A stretch of 64,000 bases of DNA from a bacterium. GTDB lineage: Bacteria; Patescibacteriota; Patescibacteriia; SG8-24. The stretch covers positions 16,934 through 80,933 of the forward strand of contig JBDRRB010000018.1 in the NCBI GenBank assembly GCA_043825985.1, read 5' to 3'. Below the pieces are notes generated by a model, which did no database searches, was not told the DNA's origin, and was given only the letters and a program-made list of their open reading frames with translations. Below are positions 61,640-64,000 of this stretch, piece after piece. Each line of letters starts with the position of its first letter. The first letter of the stretch is position 1. The translations under genes and the position numbers were made by a program.

Positions 61640-61760
61640 CGGGCACTGGGCGGGATGCAGTGTGCCCCGCTGGACCGAGCGACGACGCGAGACGTACCCA
61701 AAATGTACGGCGAGCTAGGAGCACGGGAAGCGGGGTGCAATGCGCCCGACCCAGTGACCG
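61640..61760 (+). ncRNA. Structured dispersed repeat / candidate ncRNA, copy D (in the rplK 5' region)
   Basis: cgggcactggg...cccagtgaccg; most similar to copy A. Confidence 0.65.
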
Positions 61761-61771
61761 CATAGAAAAAT

Positions 61772-62197
61772 ATGGCTAAGAAGGTAAAGACACAGATTAA
61801 GCTCCAGATCCCGGCCGGCCAGGCCAACCCAGCGCCGCCAGTCGGTCCGGCCCTCGGTCAGCATGGCCTGAACATCGCCGAGTTCTGCCAGAAGTTCAAC
61901 GCCGCCACCCAGCAGATGATGGGCGACATCACGCCGGTCGTGATCACGGTCTACGAGGACCGGACCTACGACTTCATCCTCAAGACCCCGCCGGCAGCCG
62001 AGCTGCTCAAGAAGGCGGCCGGAGTCAAGAAGGGCTCCGGCAAGCCGCTCTCGGACAAGATCGGTTCCGTCACCAAGGCGCAGGTCCGCGAGATCGCGGA
62101 AAAGAAGCTGGCCGACCTGAACACCGACGACGTGGAGGCCGCCATGCGCACCATCGAGGGCACGGCCCGGCAGATGGGCCTGACAGTCAAGGAATAA
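61772..62197 (+). CDS. rplK: 50S ribosomal protein L11
   Basis: [30 protein letters not shown]. Confidence 0.98.
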   Translation: MAKKVKTQIKLQIPAGQANPAPPVGPALGQHGLNIAEFCQKFNAATQQMMGDITPVVITVYEDRTYDFILKTPPAAELLKKAAGVKKGSGKPLSDKIGSVTKAQVREIAEKKLADLNTDDVEAAMRTIEGTARQMGLTVKE

Positions 62198-62298
62198 GCC
62201 TCACACGACCCCGCTCCGGCGGGGTTTTGTGTTATGATCATCATAGAATCACATGCGAAGGCAGTGATTCCCCGAACAATCCTTAGGCAACTTCGTCT

Positions 62299-62733
62299 AT
62301 GAAACGAAACATCATCCGCCAGATCTATTTCTATGCGGCGAGCCTCATCACCCTCGTGATCATGGTCGTCGCCGGCGCCCAACTCGTGAACCTCGGCCTC
62401 AAGTCAACCGTCTTCCCGAAAGCCGACGACATCTACAATGTCCGCTGCGACCAGGAAGGCAACCGCGTCTACGGATATGATCGTCCGCTGTCGGTCGAAG
62501 AAACTGTCGCCGTGGAAGGCCAGCCGAAACAGAGAGAGCTAACCGCTGAGGAACGGGCCGCACTGGAGGAAGAATGCGAGGCGTACGTCGAGGAAGAGCG
62601 TTCCGCCCAGCGCCAGCGCGACTTCGTGCAGAACTTCTCGATGATCTTCGTCGCCGCCCCGGTCTTCTGGTTCCACTTCCGCATCGCCCAACGCGAACGC
62701 GAGGAGGAGAAAAAGCAGGTCGAGAAAGCCTGA
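62299..62733 (+). CDS. Hypothetical 2-TM membrane protein (DUF5671-like)
   Basis: IRQIYFYAASLITL...APVFWFH. Confidence 0.6.
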   Translation: MKRNIIRQIYFYAASLITLVIMVVAGAQLVNLGLKSTVFPKADDIYNVRCDQEGNRVYGYDRPLSVEETVAVEGQPKQRELTAEERAALEEECEAYVEEERSAQRQRDFVQNFSMIFVAAPVFWFHFRIAQREREEEKKQVEKA

Positions 62734-62925
62734 ACCGCACCAGCCGCCCGCAGGGGCGGCTTTCGATTGCCGTCGAAAGCAACTTGGCTCACGAACCCCG
62801 CCCAAACGAGTTTCCCTGCCCTATACGCCCAGGATACGGACGCCGCCATGGCCGAAGGGCAACATCCCCGGAGACTCTTGCCAAATTCCCCTTATTCCGC
62901 TAGAGTGGCGCCATTACTAATGAAC

Positions 62926-62956
62926 GTGGGAGGATCGATAGATCCGCTCGCACCAC
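62926..62956 (+). promoter_or_regulatory. L1-binding leader (rplA autoregulation)
   Basis: GTGGGAGGATC-GATA-GATCCGCTCGCACCAC just upstream of the rplA start; own promoter TTGCCA-17-TAGAGT at 62878. Confidence 0.65.
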
Positions 62957-62965
62957 ATCAAGAAT

Positions 62966-63649
62966 ATGAAACACGGAAAGCGCTACAACGAACTCAAGGC
63001 CTCGTTCGACGACAGCAAGACCTACGAGCTGTCCGAGGCGATCGCCCTGATCAAGAAGACCGCCAACACCAAGTTCGACTCCTCGGTCGAGGTGCACGTG
63101 CGCCTGGGCATCGACCCCAAGAAGGGCGACCAGCAGGTCCGCACCACCGTCTCCCTGCCGCACGGCACGGGCAAGACCAAGCGGGTCGCCGCCTTCGTCT
63201 CCTCCCCGGAGCACGAGAAGGAGGCCAAGGAGGCCGGCGCTGAACTGGTCGGCGGAGAGGAGCTGGTGGCCGAGATCGTCAAGACCGGCAAGTGCGACTT
63301 CGACGTGGCCGTCGCCTCGCCGGACATGATGCCCAAGCTGGCCAAGGCGGCCAAGATCCTCGGTCCGCGCGGCCTGATGCCGAGCCCGAAGAACGAGACG
63401 GTCACGCCGAACGTCGGCCAGGCGGTCCGCGACATGAAGGGCGGCAAGGTCGCCTTCAAGAACGACGACACGGCCAACGTTCATCAGGCCATCGGCAAGG
63501 TCTCGTTCGCGGACGAGAAGATCGCCGAGAACTTCGCGGCGTTCATGGACGCGCTGAGGCGCTCCAAGCCGAGCTCTTCCAAGGGGGCCTACATCAAGGG
63601 CGTGGTCATCGCCTCGACCATGGGTCCGGGAATCAGGGTCTCCGCCTAG
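62966..63649 (+). CDS. rplA: 50S ribosomal protein L1
   Basis: [31 protein letters not shown]. Confidence 0.98.
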   Translation: MKHGKRYNELKASFDDSKTYELSEAIALIKKTANTKFDSSVEVHVRLGIDPKKGDQQVRTTVSLPHGTGKTKRVAAFVSSPEHEKEAKEAGAELVGGEELVAEIVKTGKCDFDVAVASPDMMPKLAKAAKILGPRGLMPSPKNETVTPNVGQAVRDMKGGKVAFKNDDTANVHQAIGKVSFADEKIAENFAAFMDALRRSKPSSSKGAYIKGVVIASTMGPGIRVSA

Positions 63650-63744
63650 AAAAAGATGAGACAGAGACGACCCCACAGGGGGTCGTTTTGTTTCGTAAAC
63701 TTCCAACTTGCCCGTTCCACCTGCATTGCATAATCTTCAAGCAT

Positions 63745-64000
63745 ATGAATACCTACACACGCCCGAGCTGGAACGACTATTTCATGAGCATCGCCAAGAT
63801 CGTGGCTACCCGCTCGACCTGCGACCGACTGCGAGCCGGCGCCGTGCTCGTCAAGAACAAACGCATCATCTCCACCGGTTACAACGGTGCGCCTCCCGGC
63901 CTGCCGCACTGCGACGGTGAGGAGGGCCACAAGATGGAGGAGGGCCACTGCATCCGCACCATCCATGCCGAAGAGAACTGCATCCTACAGGCGGCCCTGC
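63745..64000 (+). CDS. dCMP deaminase/ComEB family (3' partial)
   Basis: RPSWNDYFM, RSTCDR..AGAV, GYNG, IHAEEN. Confidence 0.9.
   Translation, partial: MNTYTRPSWNDYFMSIAKIVATRSTCDRLRAGAVLVKNKRIISTGYNGAPPGLPHCDGEEGHKMEEGHCIRTIHAEENCILQAAL

Overview
High-GC bacterial chromosome segment whose gene content suggests Patescibacteria/CPR, Parcubacteria-like (inference from archaeal-type PyrH, short EF-Ts, tandem GpmI paralogs, DUF2207/DUF3048/GerMN proteins and a split nusG-rplK-rplA-rplJ-rplL locus). Most of the window is housekeeping: translation (rplL, rplJ, tsf, rpsB, rpmE, prfA, prmC, rplY, secE, nusG, rplK, rplA), glycolysis (pgi, gap, pgk, eno, two gpmI), DNA metabolism (xseAB, UvrD/PcrA, mutM, gyrB, TM0106-like nuclease), envelope functions and a MacAB-like ABC exporter. 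Three things stand out. (1) A family of about 120-nt covarying, multi-bulged hairpins occurs in four full copies (15266, 44736, 54121, 61640), all on the + strand. Three are preceded by one to four repeats of the hairpin's own 5' arm, and a second small hairpin has inserted into that arm four times at the same position. (2) A low-GC array of two gene cassettes at 43147-44367 has attC-like hairpins and an attI-like site whose boxes resemble Xer/dif arms, and no integrase lies in the window. (3) Three tandem, divergent Cys-Cys-Trp membrane-anchored paralogs follow gyrB, one with an in-frame TGA. No rRNA, tRNA, canonical CRISPR-Cas or transposase gene was recognised. All family calls come from motif recognition by eye, not from database searches.
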